64,000 bases of DNA from contig OZ218959.1 of the NCBI GenBank assembly GCA_965112735.1, forward strand, positions 496,001-560,000, read 5' to 3'. A program made the translations under genes and the position numbers. This stretch comes from Phaeosaccion multiseriatum (lineage: Eukaryota; Protista; Ochrophyta, other classes). Positions 35,734 through 48,982 of this stretch are shown here, one piece after another. The notes below the pieces were generated by a model that saw nothing but the letters and a program-made list of their open reading frames with translations, ran no database searches and was not told the DNA's origin. Numbering within the stretch: the stretch's first letter is position 1; each line of letters starts with the position of its first letter.

Positions 35734-37905
35734 ATGGTGCGCGCGCTGCTGCCTCTGGCGGCCTTCGTCGGGCCAGCGGCCGCCTTCACTACTTTCATCC
35801 CAGGGACTGTGCCCAGAGGAGCAAGAGGAGCAGCTTCCAGTAGTTTGGGGGGGGGGGCTACCGCCGCAACGGGCGGCAGCGGCAGCAGGACTGTTGAGCG
35901 ATGTCTGGCATGCGAGAGTGGCGCCTGGACCGGCGGGATGAGGAGAAGAACACAGGTGAGTCCACCCGATGGGCGGCGTGTAGTCGGAGTGGTTCCACTG
36001 TATGTACGGAGCCACCAAGAAAGGGAAGGAGCTCCTGCATCTGGCCTGTGCTGTGCCAGGAGATCTCTCTCTCTCTCTCTTCCTCTCCGTTCGTACCCAG
36101 CAAAGGGAAGGGAAGGAGGGTAGTTCAGCAGTTGCTCCTCGCCCCTCCCCCCAACTGATGTCGACTCTTGCTGACCCTCCCCTCCCCTCCCCTCCCCTCC
36201 CCGCAATCCTTCCTCCCTCCGCGCCCCATCCAGACGGCTCTGATGATGGCCAAGAAGAAGCTCAAGGGCCCGGCGGCGGCGGCTCTGTCCCAGCTTGAAT
36301 CACTCGAGGCTCTGGAGAATGCGGAGGGTGGGGCGTCGACAGACGCTGTGGCAGCACCGAAGAAGGCGAAGAAGGTGAAAAAGGCCAAGAAGGGAGTGAA
36401 GAAGGCCGGGGGGGCAATGGACCTTGACGCTTTAGAGGCTTTGGAGGCGCAGTTTGATGGCGTGCCGCTGCCTGAGAAGGGAGATGATGGGCTGGGCGCG
36501 GGGAAGCCCAAGAAGGCCAAGAAGGCCAAGAAAGCCAAGAAGGCCAAGGGAGGAGCGGCAGGGGACTTCGACCTTGATGCTCTGGAGGCCTTAGAGGCGC
36601 AATTCGACGGGCTGGAGGCACCCGAGACACCGGAGACGTCCATGCCAGAGGCCACTGCAGTCCAAGAGGCAGAGGAAGAGGAGGAGGACCCGCTGGACTC
36701 GATGGACCTCAAGGGGTGGAAGGGCGCACGCAAGGAGCAGCAAGAGGAAGTCGACCCACTCGACGATATGGACTTGATGATGGGGAAGATGAAGCGCGGT
36801 GGTAGTGGCGACGACGGAGGGGAGGACATGTTGGACGAGGCAGATGCAGAGGCATTTGCAGCCATGTTCGGGGGGGGCGGCGGCTCCTCTTCCAAGAAGG
36901 ATAGCAAGGGCAAGTGGGGCGGCAAGGGCAAGAAGAAGAATAAGGGCAAGTCCTTCGATTTGGATGAGCTCGACGCCATAGACCGGAGGATGGAAAGGGA
37001 GAGGGGACAGGCTATGGAGGAGGCGAAGGAGGAGTTGACTGTGGAGGTGGAGAGGCCGCCAGCAAGGTCCAGGATGGAGGCCAAGATGGAGGAGGAGCAG
37101 CTGGACAGGATGGGGAGTGTGCTCGAGTCAGTGGACACGATAAAGCCTCCACCCAGTTCGGAGGACACCATCAAGCCACTGAGCTTCTTGGACACCCTCG
37201 ATGGCGGTGGCGAGGAGCAGCCCCTCAGCTTTCTGGACTCGCTGGATCTCACTCCCGACAAGGAGCGAGACCAGGATGGGGATGGGGGTGCGAGCGGGTT
37301 GGCCGATCTGGAGAAGGACATGGCGTCGAATGGGCCTCCTCCCGTGCACTACGAGGACGAGAAGGTGAAGGACGCCATGGCGATGGCCCTCGCTATGCTC
37401 GCCTCTGAGGACGACAAGGACTCGGCCAGCAGGGCGCCGGCCAGGAAGTACGGTAGGCCTCAAAAGGCCGCCGTAGTGGGGAAGTACGGAGATGGTGTCT
37501 ACGATAGTGACGCCGACGATGAGGATGGTTACTACGCAGAGGACGAGACCTTTGACAGCAATGAGGAGCGCAATCGCAGGATGAAAGCCCCCCCCGGAGT
37601 GCGAATTTCGGAGGGCTCTCAACCCGGCCACGTGTCCCTGCGCCTCAAGGACGTGGCCGTGACGTTCCGCAATCAGGAGGTGCTGACGGACTGCTCGTGG
37701 CAGGTCAATACGGGGGACAGGGTGGGGTTGGTGGGGCCCAACGGAGGAGGCAAGACCACGCAGATGAAGATCCTGGCCGGGGACTTGGAGCCGACCTCAG
37801 GGGAGGTGATCAAGTCTGCCAAGAACATTCGCGTCGCCTTCCTTCGCCAGGAGTTCGTGGACGAGCTCGTGCTCACGAGGTCCCTCAAGGAGGAGATGTT
37901 GAGGT

Positions 37906-37959
<54 letters not shown>

Positions 37960-39864
37960 TCTGTCTATCTGTCTGTCTGTCTATCTGGTTTTGTGTGTCT
38001 TGGCTTTTCTCCATCTCTCTTGTCTGTCAGTCAGTCGGCCGGTCGGCCGGTCGGTCTGCCTGTCTATCTCTCTCTCTTTCTGTCTGTGTTGTTTTGTCTT
38101 TCTCTTCAACACCGAAGTTGAGCAGCAGGGAGGAAGTGCAGTACGTGCTTCGTAGTCCCTCTCTCACCCCCCCCTTGCCCCATGGTATCGATGGATCGCT
38201 CGCTCGGCCCTGTCCTAACGTCTCGGCTGTCGTGTGTCGCCTGTCGCCTGCTCAGCGTGTTCACCGAAGAGAGCGCCCTCCTTGAGGCGCTGACGGCCTG
38301 CGAAGACGAGCTGAGCGACCCTGAGGTACAGCAAGATGCAGACAAAATGCAGGACGTACTCAACAAGCTCTCAGACCTTCAGAACGAGGCCGAGCGTCAG
38401 CAAGTGTATCAGCTCAGCACCAAGGTAGGCACAGAGGACAGAGAGATTCACTGCAGGCCTTTTTCATGGTCTTGGTTCGACTTTTGTTCACTCGCATTGC
38501 GTGCTGTTTGCTCTGCAAGTCTGTGCTGGCTCTCGGCCTTCCCTTCCCCGCCCCTCTGTCTTTTGTGCTCATTTTACCCCTCTCCGCCCCTCTTTCTCTG
38601 CCTTGCTCTCCTTTTTCACTCACCTGCCCCCTATCACCTGCCCCTTCCGCTCTGCCCTGCTCTCCTGCCCCTCTCTCCTTGTCCCTCTCTCGCTTCTCCT
38701 CTCTCTCCTCTCTCTCTGCCCTTCGCTACTCCCTCCTGCGCATCTCTCTGTCGCCTCGCTCTCTCTCGCTCTCGCCCCCCCCCCCCCCCCCCTTTCTCTC
38801 GCTTCTCGTCTCTTCTTTGCCCCCCTCTCTCTGCCTCTCTCTCCCCCCTCCCGCGCCTCTCTCCTACCCCCTTCTCAGGTGGAGCGTATAATGGACCTCA
38901 TGGGCTTCTCTCCCAAGGACGGAGAGGCGCCCGTGTCCAGCTTCAGCGGGGGTTGGCGGATGCGCATCGGCTTAGGTGAGTGCGTGAGTGAGTGTGTGAG
39001 TGAAGTGGGTTGAGTGGGAGAGTAGAGAAGGAGGAAGAGTGGGGCATATGGGGAGAGTGGGTATTGCTCCTGTATGACACACACACAGAGAGAGAGAGAG
39101 AGAGAAGAAAAGGTATAGCACAGCACTCTTCGCAATGATGTTAAACAATTATCCCTGTCTGAGTCCTCTGACTGAGAAACTAATCGTAACTTTGAAATTA
39201 ACTGAGCACAGTGCTGTGCTGTAAAGTAGAGCTTAGGCCCCTTCCACGGCCCGCAGCGCCCTCCTTCCTCCTTCCGGTGTTGGGTGTGTCCCGACAGAAC
39301 CATCACACCCTCGAATTTTGGGGAGGGGGGAGTACGTGTTCATTCATTCATGCATTCGGTGTCTTTTGTCACCAACATAGTCTCCTGCTGTTGCCTATTG
39401 TGTATCCTCTCCCTCGACGTCCTGACACCCTCTCTCCACCACACCTCTTGTTCTACTATTGTCCCACCCCTGTGCAGGCAAGATCCTCCTACAGGACCCG
39501 AACATCCTCCTCCTCGATGAGCCGACGAACCATCTCGATCTGGAGAGCGTGGAGTGGCTGGAGAGGTTCCTGACCACTCAGAGTCTGCCCATGGTCATTG
39601 TGAGTCACGACAGAGAGTTCCTCGATCGAGTGTGCACCAAGATTGTGGACACGGAGGGTGGCGTGACGAGCACGTACGAGGGTAACTACAGCCGATTCAT
39701 TAAGCTCAAGAAGGAGCGCATGGAGGCCTGGGCCTCGGCCTACAAGACGCAGGAGAAGAAGATCCAGGAGGACAGGGACTGGATCCAGCGCTACAGGCAC
39801 AAGGGGCAACAGATGGCAGCGCAGGTCAAGAGTCGACAGGCTAAAATCCAAAAGCTGCAGGTGA

Positions 39865-39899
<35 letters not shown>

Positions 39900-40907
39900 C
39901 GGGAGGAGGGGAAGCGGCAGACGCGTGACGGTCATCTCCTCTCCCCTTGTTTTCTCTCTCTTGTGTGTGTGCGTGCGTGCGTGCGTCCGTGCGTGCTTGC
40001 TCAGGCCTCGCCCGAATACGTGAAGCGGCCTCCCAACGCGGGCAAGCCGTTTGTGTTCCGCTTCCCCTCCGCGCCTCGCGTCAACGAGGGCCTTTTGCAC
40101 GTACACAAGCTCAAACACGGTTACAACGACAGGGTGCTGTTCGACAATGTGTCCATGGAAGTCATGAAGGGGCAGAGGATCGCCTTTTTGGGAGCCAACG
40201 GGGCGGGCAAGAGCACGCTCATGCGCCTAGTGCTGGGCAAGGAGGAGCCCCTCGCGGGTACGTCGGAGCTTGGGCTCGGGGTACTGGCTAACTACTTTGA
40301 GCAGAACCAAGCAGACGCGCTGGACTTGGACCTGACCGTGCTGGAGACCATCCAGCAAGACGCGGGGCAGATGGCCTACACGGACATTCGCAAGCTCTTG
40401 GCACAGTTCCTGTTCCGTGGCGACTCGGTGGAGAAGAAGGTGGGGCAGCTCAGCGGCGGAGAGAAGGCGCGTGTGTCGCTGTGTACCATGATGCTCAAGC
40501 CCGCCAACCTGCTGGTGCTTGACGAGCCGACCAACCACTTGGACATTCCCGCCAAGGAGATGCTGGAGGAGGCGCTCCAGCACTACGAGGGGGCCGTGCT
40601 GCTGGTCAGTCACGACAGATACTTTGTGAGCCAAGTGGCCAACACCATTTGCCACATCGAGGACCAGGAGGTGCAGATTTATGAAGGAGACTACCGCTAC
40701 TTTATGCAGCAGAATGACGACCTGCAAGAGAAGATCGAGGCGCGCTATGTGGCGGGCGTGGGGGGCATTCGAAGTGCCAAGAAGGTGACCTTGTCCGACA
40801 TTGTGGTCAAGGAGAAGAACAGCTTCGGCGGCAAGAAGGGCGCGCAGGGAGTCAGCGGACGCCTCACGAAGGGTGTCAAGAACGCCAAGCGGAATGGGAT
40901 GAGATAA
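35734..40907 (+). CDS. ABC-F family ATPase (soluble, two ABC domains), plastid-targeted; exons approx. 35734-35955, 36234-37903, 38257-38424, 38879-38975, 39478-39860, 40005-40907
   Basis: Walker A motifs GPNGGGKTT and GANGAGKST; signatures FSGGWRMR and LSGGEKAR; LLLDEPTNHLD twice; VSHDR twice; no TM domains. The N-terminus MVRALLPLAAFVGPAAA-FTTF resembles the ASAF(AP) motif. Confidence 0.93.
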
Positions 40908-41279
40908 CGTGTAGTAGATGGTTAGGTTGTAAGGTATAGAGGTCGGTGGGTGCGTTTTAGGGCTGTAACAGCCTGATATATTATCTTTCATTGTAGGCCT
41001 ACTGCGCAAGAGCCTCGCATGCCCTCGGTTTTTTTGGTAGGGAGGAGAGGACTTTTGCGCGTTAGCGTTGGTACGCTCCCTCCATCCCTCCCCTCACAGA
41101 ATCACACCCAAGGGCATGCCCCGACCTTCCATTGGGTTGGGCCCTGTGCCGCGCGTCGTCTTCGTAGCTCTTTTCAGCCCCCTGCAAGCTGCTGCCCTGG
41201 CCGCCCTCGTCGTGCCCAAGACCTCGAGATGAAAGTCGTCGGCCTCCCTTCCGTTAAGTCGTATCGTGCGGGGTTTACA

Positions 41280-42116
41280 TCAAGCACCGCCACGACTTTC
41301 TCTCCGTCGTATTTCCTCTTGTGCTCTGGCCTGCCTCCCTCCTGCTGCCTCCTTGTCTTCCCGCTGAAGTATGTCTGCGAGCTCGTCCCGCACCCGACGA
41401 ACCTCTGATGCCGTCTCGGCGCTACCACTCCGCATCTCCTCAGCGGGGAAAAAATGCCGTGCAGACCGTTGCCGAGGCATGTGCGGGGGAGGGGCAGCTG
41501 GAGATGAGGCGTAGAACGAAGACGAAGGTGACAAGAACGGTGATGATGGCGACGGCGGTGGCAGTCGTGGCCTCTCCCCACTTGCTCTCCTTGCTGCTGC
41601 ATGTCCCGGTACTGGCGAAGGCAAGGAAGACGAAGATGTTACTACAGGCCGCGTCCGCTGACGACGGCGGAAGGATGTGTGTGCTCGTGCCGGAGGGTTC
41701 TGTTGCTCCAGTGCGACCATCCTCAAGTGCCGCTTGGGAGGCCGTTGCCTAAGAAGCTTGCTGCTGCTGCTACTACTGCTACTGCTACTGCTACTGCTGG
41801 TGGGGCCCCTTGATGGACAAATATCCTCAACGTCAATGTACATCTTCCGGTCACAGTCACAGCCATGCGCTCTGCCTCCGGATGCCCCACTACGGCTGCT
41901 TCTGCCGCCGCCTTTGCCACAACCGCAGTCGTGCTCTGCGTAAGGGTCGAGGATGAGGGGCCGAGTACTGCTCTTCTGGGGAGATAGCGCGGCCAACAGC
42001 ACAAAAAGGAGAGCCCCCGTCCCGAGCAGAAACTGGACGTAAGGGAGGAGAGGAAAGGCCCACCACAAGAAGACATGAGTGAGGTCCGCTGCCAAAGAGC
42101 ACACGCCGCCCGACAT
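41280..42116 (-). CDS. Hypothetical protein with a hydrophobic N-terminus and Cys-containing motifs (HDCGC, GCDCD)
   Basis: Open frame of ~278 aa from ATG 42116, head-to-head with the next gene. No recognisable domain. Confidence 0.35.
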   Translation of the reverse strand: MSGGVCSLAADLTHVFLWWAFPLLPYVQFLLGTGALLFVLLAALSPQKSSTRPLILDPYAEHDCGCGKGGGRSSRSGASGGRAHGCDCDRKMYIDVEDICPSRGPTSSSSSSSSSSSSSKLLRQRPPKRHLRMVALEQQNPPARAHTSFRRRQRTRPVVTSSSSLPSPVPGHAAARRASGERPRLPPPSPSSPFLSPSSSFYASSPAAPPPHMPRQRSARHFFPAEEMRSGSAETASEVRRVRDELADILQREDKEAAGGRQARAQEEIRRRESRGGA

Positions 42117-42324
42117 CCCCCTCTCCCTGATAGCTCCCAGTGGAGGAGCAGGGGGGGGGGGGGGCAAAGGGGAGGAGGAGGAAGAGGAGGAGAAGGAGGA
42201 GAGAATAGAGGAGAAAGAAGTGGAGAAAGGAAAAGGAGGACCAAATTCTGTAACGTTTTGTTTACTTTACTTTTATACTTCCTGCCTTGAAGATCCTTGA
42301 CCCTTCTCCGTAGAGATCTCTACG

Positions 42325-43438
42325 ATGCCGGCTCCATACGTATCAAAGTGCGCTTGCGGGGAAGTGGAGCTGAGGCTGAATGGCGAACCTGCGAATGTCC
42401 TCGACTGTTTCTGCGACTGCTGCACCGCCCACGCTAAGTACGAAGATCGACAACAATTTTTTTTTCTTTTTCCTCTCTCACCTAAGTAACCTTTGCGAGC
42501 CCCATCCACTCGATCCTTGGCTCAGGTATGTGGACGACAAGGCTGCCAGCTCAGGCACCAAGAACATCTCTCTGTTCGAACCGAAAACACATGGGGCATC
42601 AGCTGCAGGTGGGACAACGGGTGGTTTCTGTTGCCACACATATATCGTCTTTCTCGGTTCCTTGCTGCCCTTTCTAATCGCCTCGCTTCGCTTCTCGTCC
42701 CTCTCTGCTCACAACGCTTTCGTGCCCGCCCCCCTGCAGGCTTTTGGGTGAAGGACATTGAGTTCGTCAAGGGGCAGGACAAGATGGCGAGCATCAAGGC
42801 CACCCCCAAGTCCAAAGCGTGCCGGACCTCCTGCACGTGCTGCAACACCACCGTCATAATGCTGGGCGGCAAGGGGTTCCCTATGGCAGTGCGACCCTTG
42901 AACAAGAATACCATCACCAACGAAGATGGATCGGACCCGGGCTTCCCCTTAGGTGGGTTACAAACCCGCAGCTGTACTTGTCTCAGAGCACTTACATCGA
43001 TCGCGATCCAAATATCCTCTCTCTCCCTTCCTTCCTTCCTTCCTTCCTTCCTTCCTTCCTTCCTTCCTTCCTTCCTTCCTTCCTTCCTTCTTTCCTCTCT
43101 CCCTTCCTCCCTTCGTTCTCACAGCTGCTCGTGTCATGGGGTACTGTGGGAACCGTGAGCACTGGGATGCCCTCCCCGACGACGGCGTACCCAAGATGGA
43201 AAGGGTTGACATGGGCTTTGCCCTCAAGAAGTTCATTGGGCCCATGCTCTTCGGGTGGACCGGCCTCTACCCGAAGCCCTCCCCAGAGCAAAAGGCAGAC
43301 ACCACCATCGGTCTTTACAACGAGCTCGGGGAGGACGCGGAGTTGATTCCACTGGAGACGTACCACGCCCTCGGCTTCAAGCTAGACAAGAAGGTCGAGG
43401 CGGAAGGAGGGGGAGAGGGAGAAGGAGGAGGAGGATGA
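42325..43438 (+). CDS. GFA/CENP-V (Mss4-like) Zn-binding domain protein, 4 exons
   Basis: Spliced product MPAPYVSKCACGEVELRLNGEPANVLDCFCDCC..IEFVKGQDKM..RTSCTCCNTTV shows the CxCG..CxCxxC..CxxC pattern of the GFA-like fold. Confidence 0.75.
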
Positions 43439-43860
43439 GAAGAGACGAAGGAGCAGGCTTAGCGTCGTCTGAGAGGGGTGTACAGCAGGAGGAGGAGTAG
43501 CAGCAGCAGAAGGCGAGAATGTGAGACTTAGTTACATGCCAGGACAGTTTCTAGAGCTTCCAAAAGGGGTGGCGCCCAGGTTATCAGCAGCAAGAGCTGC
43601 ACTGCAGTGGTGGCAGCAGCAGTAGTAGTAGTAGTAGTAATAGTAGTAGTAGTAGTAGTAGCAGTAGTGACAGGAGGAGCAGCGGGAGGAGAAGCGGCAG
43701 GAGCAGCAGGAGGAGGACAGGATGCTGACTAGGTCCGGACCTGGAGAGGTGCCGTGCGGTGTGAAGGCTCGAGGCATGCTACACCGACATTCATCGGGCC
43801 GAGGTGGCACGCTATTGGCCGGCGGGAGGAGGGGTATCAAGTATCACGTCAGGGTCCAGA

Positions 43861-43926
43861 GGAGGGAGGGAGTGAGGGGTGGGGTGTGGTTGGAGGAACA
43901 ATGGTAGGGAGGAGGGATTCGGCGGC
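43861..43926 (-). repeat. 66-bp dispersed repeat, copy 2
   Basis: 62/66 identical to 19433-19498, in the opposite orientation. Confidence 0.9.
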
Positions 43927-44341
43927 CGAGGAAGGAATAATCCTCCTCTCCCAGAGAGAAACAGAACAGCGACGGAACAGCCACAAGGCGAGTGGGGAGG
44001 TGGGGAGAGCCCTCGGCTTCAGACGGAGGTGCACGTGTCACACACAAGAGCTTCTGCCCGAGCATGCAGCATGCAGCACCAGCACCGAGATACACAGGGA
44101 CCGCAGCAGTTGGACGCAGCAGTTGGACGCAGCAGCCAGTGCCGGTGCCGGTGCCGCTGCCTCCAGTTGGTACTTAACATTTTTTGTTGTGCGGTAACTC
44201 CGACAAAGAGGTCCGTTCAATGACACTCTTCTGTGCTCCTTCTCTCCGAGGCATCGGCTTCTTCTTCCGTCCTCGACGCATCGTCTACAGAGCGTGATAC
44301 AGAGAGAGACGCCAAGCCTCCCCTCCCTGGCTCCTCCGTCA

Positions 44342-44413
44342 TCACCCCCCTCCAATCTCCCCATCTGCTAATACGTCGGCGTGTGCCTCCCCTGTAGTTG
44401 CATCTGCTACTGC

Positions 44414-44449
<36 letters not shown>

Positions 44450-46874
44450 TGCTGCAAGTGCCTCCCCGTCTGGTGCCTTCTCTTTCCCTGCCCCTGCCCC
44501 TCCCTCCGCCTCTGCCCCGGTCCCTGCCCCTCCCTCCGCCTCTGATTCTGAAGGAGCCCCGTTCACTCTCCTCGCCCACTCGTGCCCCCTGCCCACCGCC
44601 TCGTCTCGCCATGCCTTCAGCGCTGCCGTGCCGTGCTCCGCCAGCCCTGCGAAGGTCTGAGCCGCACTCTGCCGCCCCACTACCACCCCTGCAGCAATTG
44701 AATCCAGCGCCTCTCTGAATCTCAGGCCACTTGCACTCAGAAGCTCGGGCCGAAGCAGCTCCGGCTGGGTGGTGAACAAGGCCCCCAGTCCGCCCAACAC
44801 CAGCACAAGCGCCATCCACAGCAGGGCCATACATCCACAGCCCCGCCGCCCCCCCTTGCCCCTCGCCCCGCCCCGTCTTTGGTCGTCCCAATGCATCTGC
44901 CTGTCTGTGTCGCTCCTCCGCTGGATGGGGCTCACGTTGAGAGGGGTGTACTTGAAAACCTGCCAATGGAGAGGGAGAGGGAGAGGGAGAGGAACGGGGG
45001 TCAACAGGGGGGGTCACAGGGGGCGAACAGATGCGCACATTGTGTGTACGGTGGGTGCGCCCTTGGAGCCTTTTCCTTTCCAGGACGCGCCCAGCTCTTA
45101 TGTCATGACTTAACACCCTGCCTCGGAGACCCTCGCGCCACACCCACCCCCCCATACCCACCCCTCCCTGCCGTGCACTGCCATCCACTGCCATCCCTTC
45201 TACCGTACCTTGGCGTGTCCCCCCGCGTCGTCCATGACCCCCGGAATGTCCTTCTTAATGACGTCATCAAGCGTCCTTAGTACGTCCTTCCTGAGGGGAG
45301 GGAAGGAGGCAAAGTCCAGCCCCTTGAGGGCTTGCGTAAAGGCCTCTCTGTCCGGCATGTCGGCATCATGTAGCCCATAGCGAGCCGCCACCTCCGAGAA
45401 GCACTCGGCCATGTGCTCCGTGAGGCGGGCCTGGCACACATGAGGAGGAAGGGAGGGAGGGACGGAGGGAGGGACGGAAGGACGGAAGGAGGGAGGGAGG
45501 AGGTGAGGGACGGAGGAAGGGACGGGCATAAATGGGCTTCGGGGGGGCTCAGGGGGGCTCAGGGGGGGACAGGGGGGCGATCTTTGCCTTGTGGTGTCCT
45601 ATCAGAGAAGTCGAGTCGATTAAAAAAGCCGAGAGGAGAGGTGCTTGTTGGGGTGGATTAGCGCCAGCTGTGAGTGGTCGAATTTCACGCGTTTCCTCAC
45701 CTGCTGCTCCGCCCCTCCCCAGAGGCGCGGCATTTGCGAGCGTAGAAAGCCGAGCAAGCAAACGTGCGCCTTGACCTGAGGGATATTTGAGCGGGTGGTT
45801 GGTCGGATGGGCGGTCGGTCAGTCGAGTGAGTGAGGCATTGATGGATGGAGGGGTTAACTGATTGGTGGGTTGGTTTGTCAATCGATCGGTCCATTGCGT
45901 GATTGGTTGAAGGATAAAAGAGTGATTGCTTCATGAAGAATTTGTCCCCTCCTTCCTCTCCCACTCACCATCTTGGCACGGGAAATGATCTCGTTCACCT
46001 GCGTGGGGAGAAGGGAGGAGAGGGAGAAGGGGAGGGGAGGGGCAGGGGCGGGACATCGAATTGAGAACGGGACGGGGCGACACGAACCCGCACACGCACG
46101 GGATGGGGTGGGCGCACCTTCTTGACGGCGGAGCGCTTTGGAAGGTCTGTAATCTCCTTGATGAGCTCGGCGTGGTCTCGCACAAAGAGCTTACTGCAAG
46201 ACGCAGGACACGGAGCCAGTCACCACGAGGAGGATATGGTGTGTAGGGTTAAGGTTAAGGGTCAGGCCAAGGGCAAGGGCTGACGCAAGGGCAAGGGCAA
46301 ACATGTTCACTGACAGCTCAAGAGAGAGAGAGGGAGAGATATGGAGAGACGGAGAGAGGAGGAGGAAGAGGAGTAAAGAGGGGTGTCTGTCGGGCTTTGT
46401 CTGGGGTCAGGAGGGGCGGAGGCGATGATAGCTTCGAGGATGAGTTGCGGTGGGAAAGCAGCAAGGCCCATGGCCAATGCCAATGCCATGTTTGTCAATC
46501 GAGGTGTGGTGGGCATGTGGTGCGGTGCGGTGGGCCTTCTTGCAGGTGTTGGGTACCGCACCAGGTGTTGGGTACCGCACCTGTGCTCTGCGTGTTTCAT
46601 AGGCTCGTCCCAGAAGCTCCCCACGTACACCCGTATGACTGCGATGGGAGGAGGAGAGAGGACAGAGAGGCATATGGGCATATGGGCATATGGGCAGGCA
46701 GGCAGGCAGGCAGGCAGGGCGAGGGTGACTGGTTAGCTGACTGACTGACTGACTGGTGGGCTGTCTGAGTGGCTGCGAGGAGAGCAGGCTGCGCATGACA
46801 CGCGGAGGAGACGCGGAGAGAGGGGCGGGGGGAGTACGGTACAGCACAACAGAGACAGAAGGCAGAGGCAGACG

Positions 46875-46909
<35 letters not shown>

Positions 46910-47191
46910 TCTGTCTCTGCTTCTGCCCCTGTCCGCTCCGCTTGCTCCCTCACTCACTCTTTCCCTAATAACTCACTCACTCTCTCTCACCCACCCACCC
47001 ACTCACTCACTGACGCACTCACTCACTCACTCACTCACTCACCCTCGGGGCTGGAGAAGATCTTGCCGAGGCTCCACATTAGCGCGCCGTAGACGCGCAT
47101 GAGCTTGGACTTGTCAATCTGATCGGCCTTGTTCAGCACGATGCGCACCTTCTCGCGATGCGCGTTGGCCGTGAGGGAGCTCATGACCTGA

Positions 47192-47223
<32 letters not shown>

Positions 47224-48724
47224 CGACACACATGCCACGAAAGCGAGTCCACACGAGAAAGACGGGGACCAAGTCGTTAGTCGACGTTTAGACACACTGC
47301 AAGACTTGCCCCCAAGAGCGGCTGAGAATGCGTGTGCGTGCGGTGATGGCCGCTCTCCTCCTCTCTGGCTGCACCCGGCCGTCGTCACTCGTGCCTCCGT
47401 CTCTCGCTTCTCCTCCTCCTCCTCCCCCCCTCCCCTCCCCTCCCCTCCCCTCCCCCTCACCTCATTCAGCTCATCGCTAATGTCCAGCTTGTGCGCATCA
47501 AACAGAAAGAGGATGAGGTCGCTTCTGTCGGCAAACCAACGCGTCACCTCGGCGAAATTGTAGCTCCGCTGCGAAAGACGGCCCACGACAGAGACAGAGA
47601 AAGGCGACAGCAGTCAAACACACATCGAGAGGCGAGAAAGGCAACTTACCGTGTACGTGCACAGAGTAATCCCGCCTTCCCTACCTTGCACTTTTGCATC
47701 TCGCCAGAGGAGAGCACTCCAGGGGTGTCCACCACGGTGATGCCCTCCAAAAAGGGCGAGGTACACACTGTCGTGGAGGGGGGGGGGGGAGGAGCAGAGA
47801 GACTGTGAGGACCGCTCAGCGCAGCTCAGCTCAGCTCAGCAGCAGAACAGTACAGCACAGCACAACACACCACAGCAGAGCAGACGAAGGCCACAACTCT
47901 GCCACCCGACTCTCTTACCCGACGCCTGGAGCTTGTTTAGAAAGCCGGAGCCGTACTGGCCCAGACCAGCGTAGGGGAGGTTCGCGTCCACCGTCAGTGT
48001 GTTACCGTCCACTGGCCCCTCCTCGTCGCCGTGCATAATCACCTGAGTGCCGGGGAGGAGGAGGGAGAGGGAGGAGGGAGAGGGAGGCGAGGGGGCATTG
48101 GGATGAAGAGGGCCTTCCAGAATGTGGTGCCAAGGCAACCTTTTGCCTCACTCACCATGAACTTATCCGAGGTCGGCTCGGGACCAATGTTGATGTTGGG
48201 ATGGTCCCTCTGGAGCAGGTGGCGGATCAGCTGAAGAGGAGGAGCAGAGGTAGGGCAGAGAGAGACTGTCAGAGCCAGCCTTCAACACACCGTTTGTGAT
48301 CTCCACCTGCACATTGAGTGCTCAATGTCCGGGTCGAGATGTCCTGGACCCATTCACGCAGTCTACCCTCAGGCTGCTCACCGTGGTCTTGCCCGTGGAG
48401 TACGCGCCGATGACGAGGATGTGGCTCTTGGAGGAAATCTCGTTGTCGCTCAACACGCCGGAGCCGTAGTGGAAGTCACCGAAGCTAAACGCGTCTTCGA
48501 TTGGCCGGAGCTTGGCACTGGAGGGAGAGTCACAAGCAGCGTCAGCCGGGTCGTTACTCTCATTCTTCCCTCAGGCAATACAAAGATAAGAGAGGGGAGG
48601 GAGAAGAACGAAGGACGGTTTTCCCTTACCTGTACACGTCTTTCAGGCCGTCGATAACGGCGTGAGATGTATGATCTCTTTGATGGACTTGGAAGCGCTC
48701 ATCCTTGCTCTTGCTGCTGTCCAT
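44342..48724 (-). CDS. EHD/RME-1-like dynamin-family ATPase lacking an EH domain, with a C-terminal transmembrane segment; about 13 exons
   Basis: Motifs VIDGLK.VY, P-loop GAYSTGKTT, IGPEPTSDKF, VVDTPGVLS, WFADRSDLILFLFDAHKLDISDE, VLNKAD, RVYGALMWSLGK, RVYVGSFW. The last exon (44959-44342) encodes MALLWMALVLVLGGLGALF. Confidence 0.9.
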
Positions 48725-48982
48725 GGTGCACCTCAACGGAGCTTTGTGTGGGCTAAACACCCCTCTCCCATCGACACATCGTTCAAATCTATCTTCGATT
48801 TTTGAAATCGATAGCTCGATATTTTTGAAACCGTCATTTTTTGTTCCCCCCGCCCCCCCCCCCCCCCTCTCCCTCTCTCTTCTCTCTCCTCCCCTTTCAC
48901 TCTCTCTCTCTCTCTCTCTTTAGGATGAAGCCCTGCACCACCATGTCCGTCCGCTGGTGAAGATCTTGAAGCCATTTAATAC

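Noticed and set aside
36125-37321. Long antisense ORFs (here and at 7361-8428, 12542-13360, 40227-41009)
   Set aside because: Shadow frames of GC-rich coding exons on the opposite strand, with no independent motifs.
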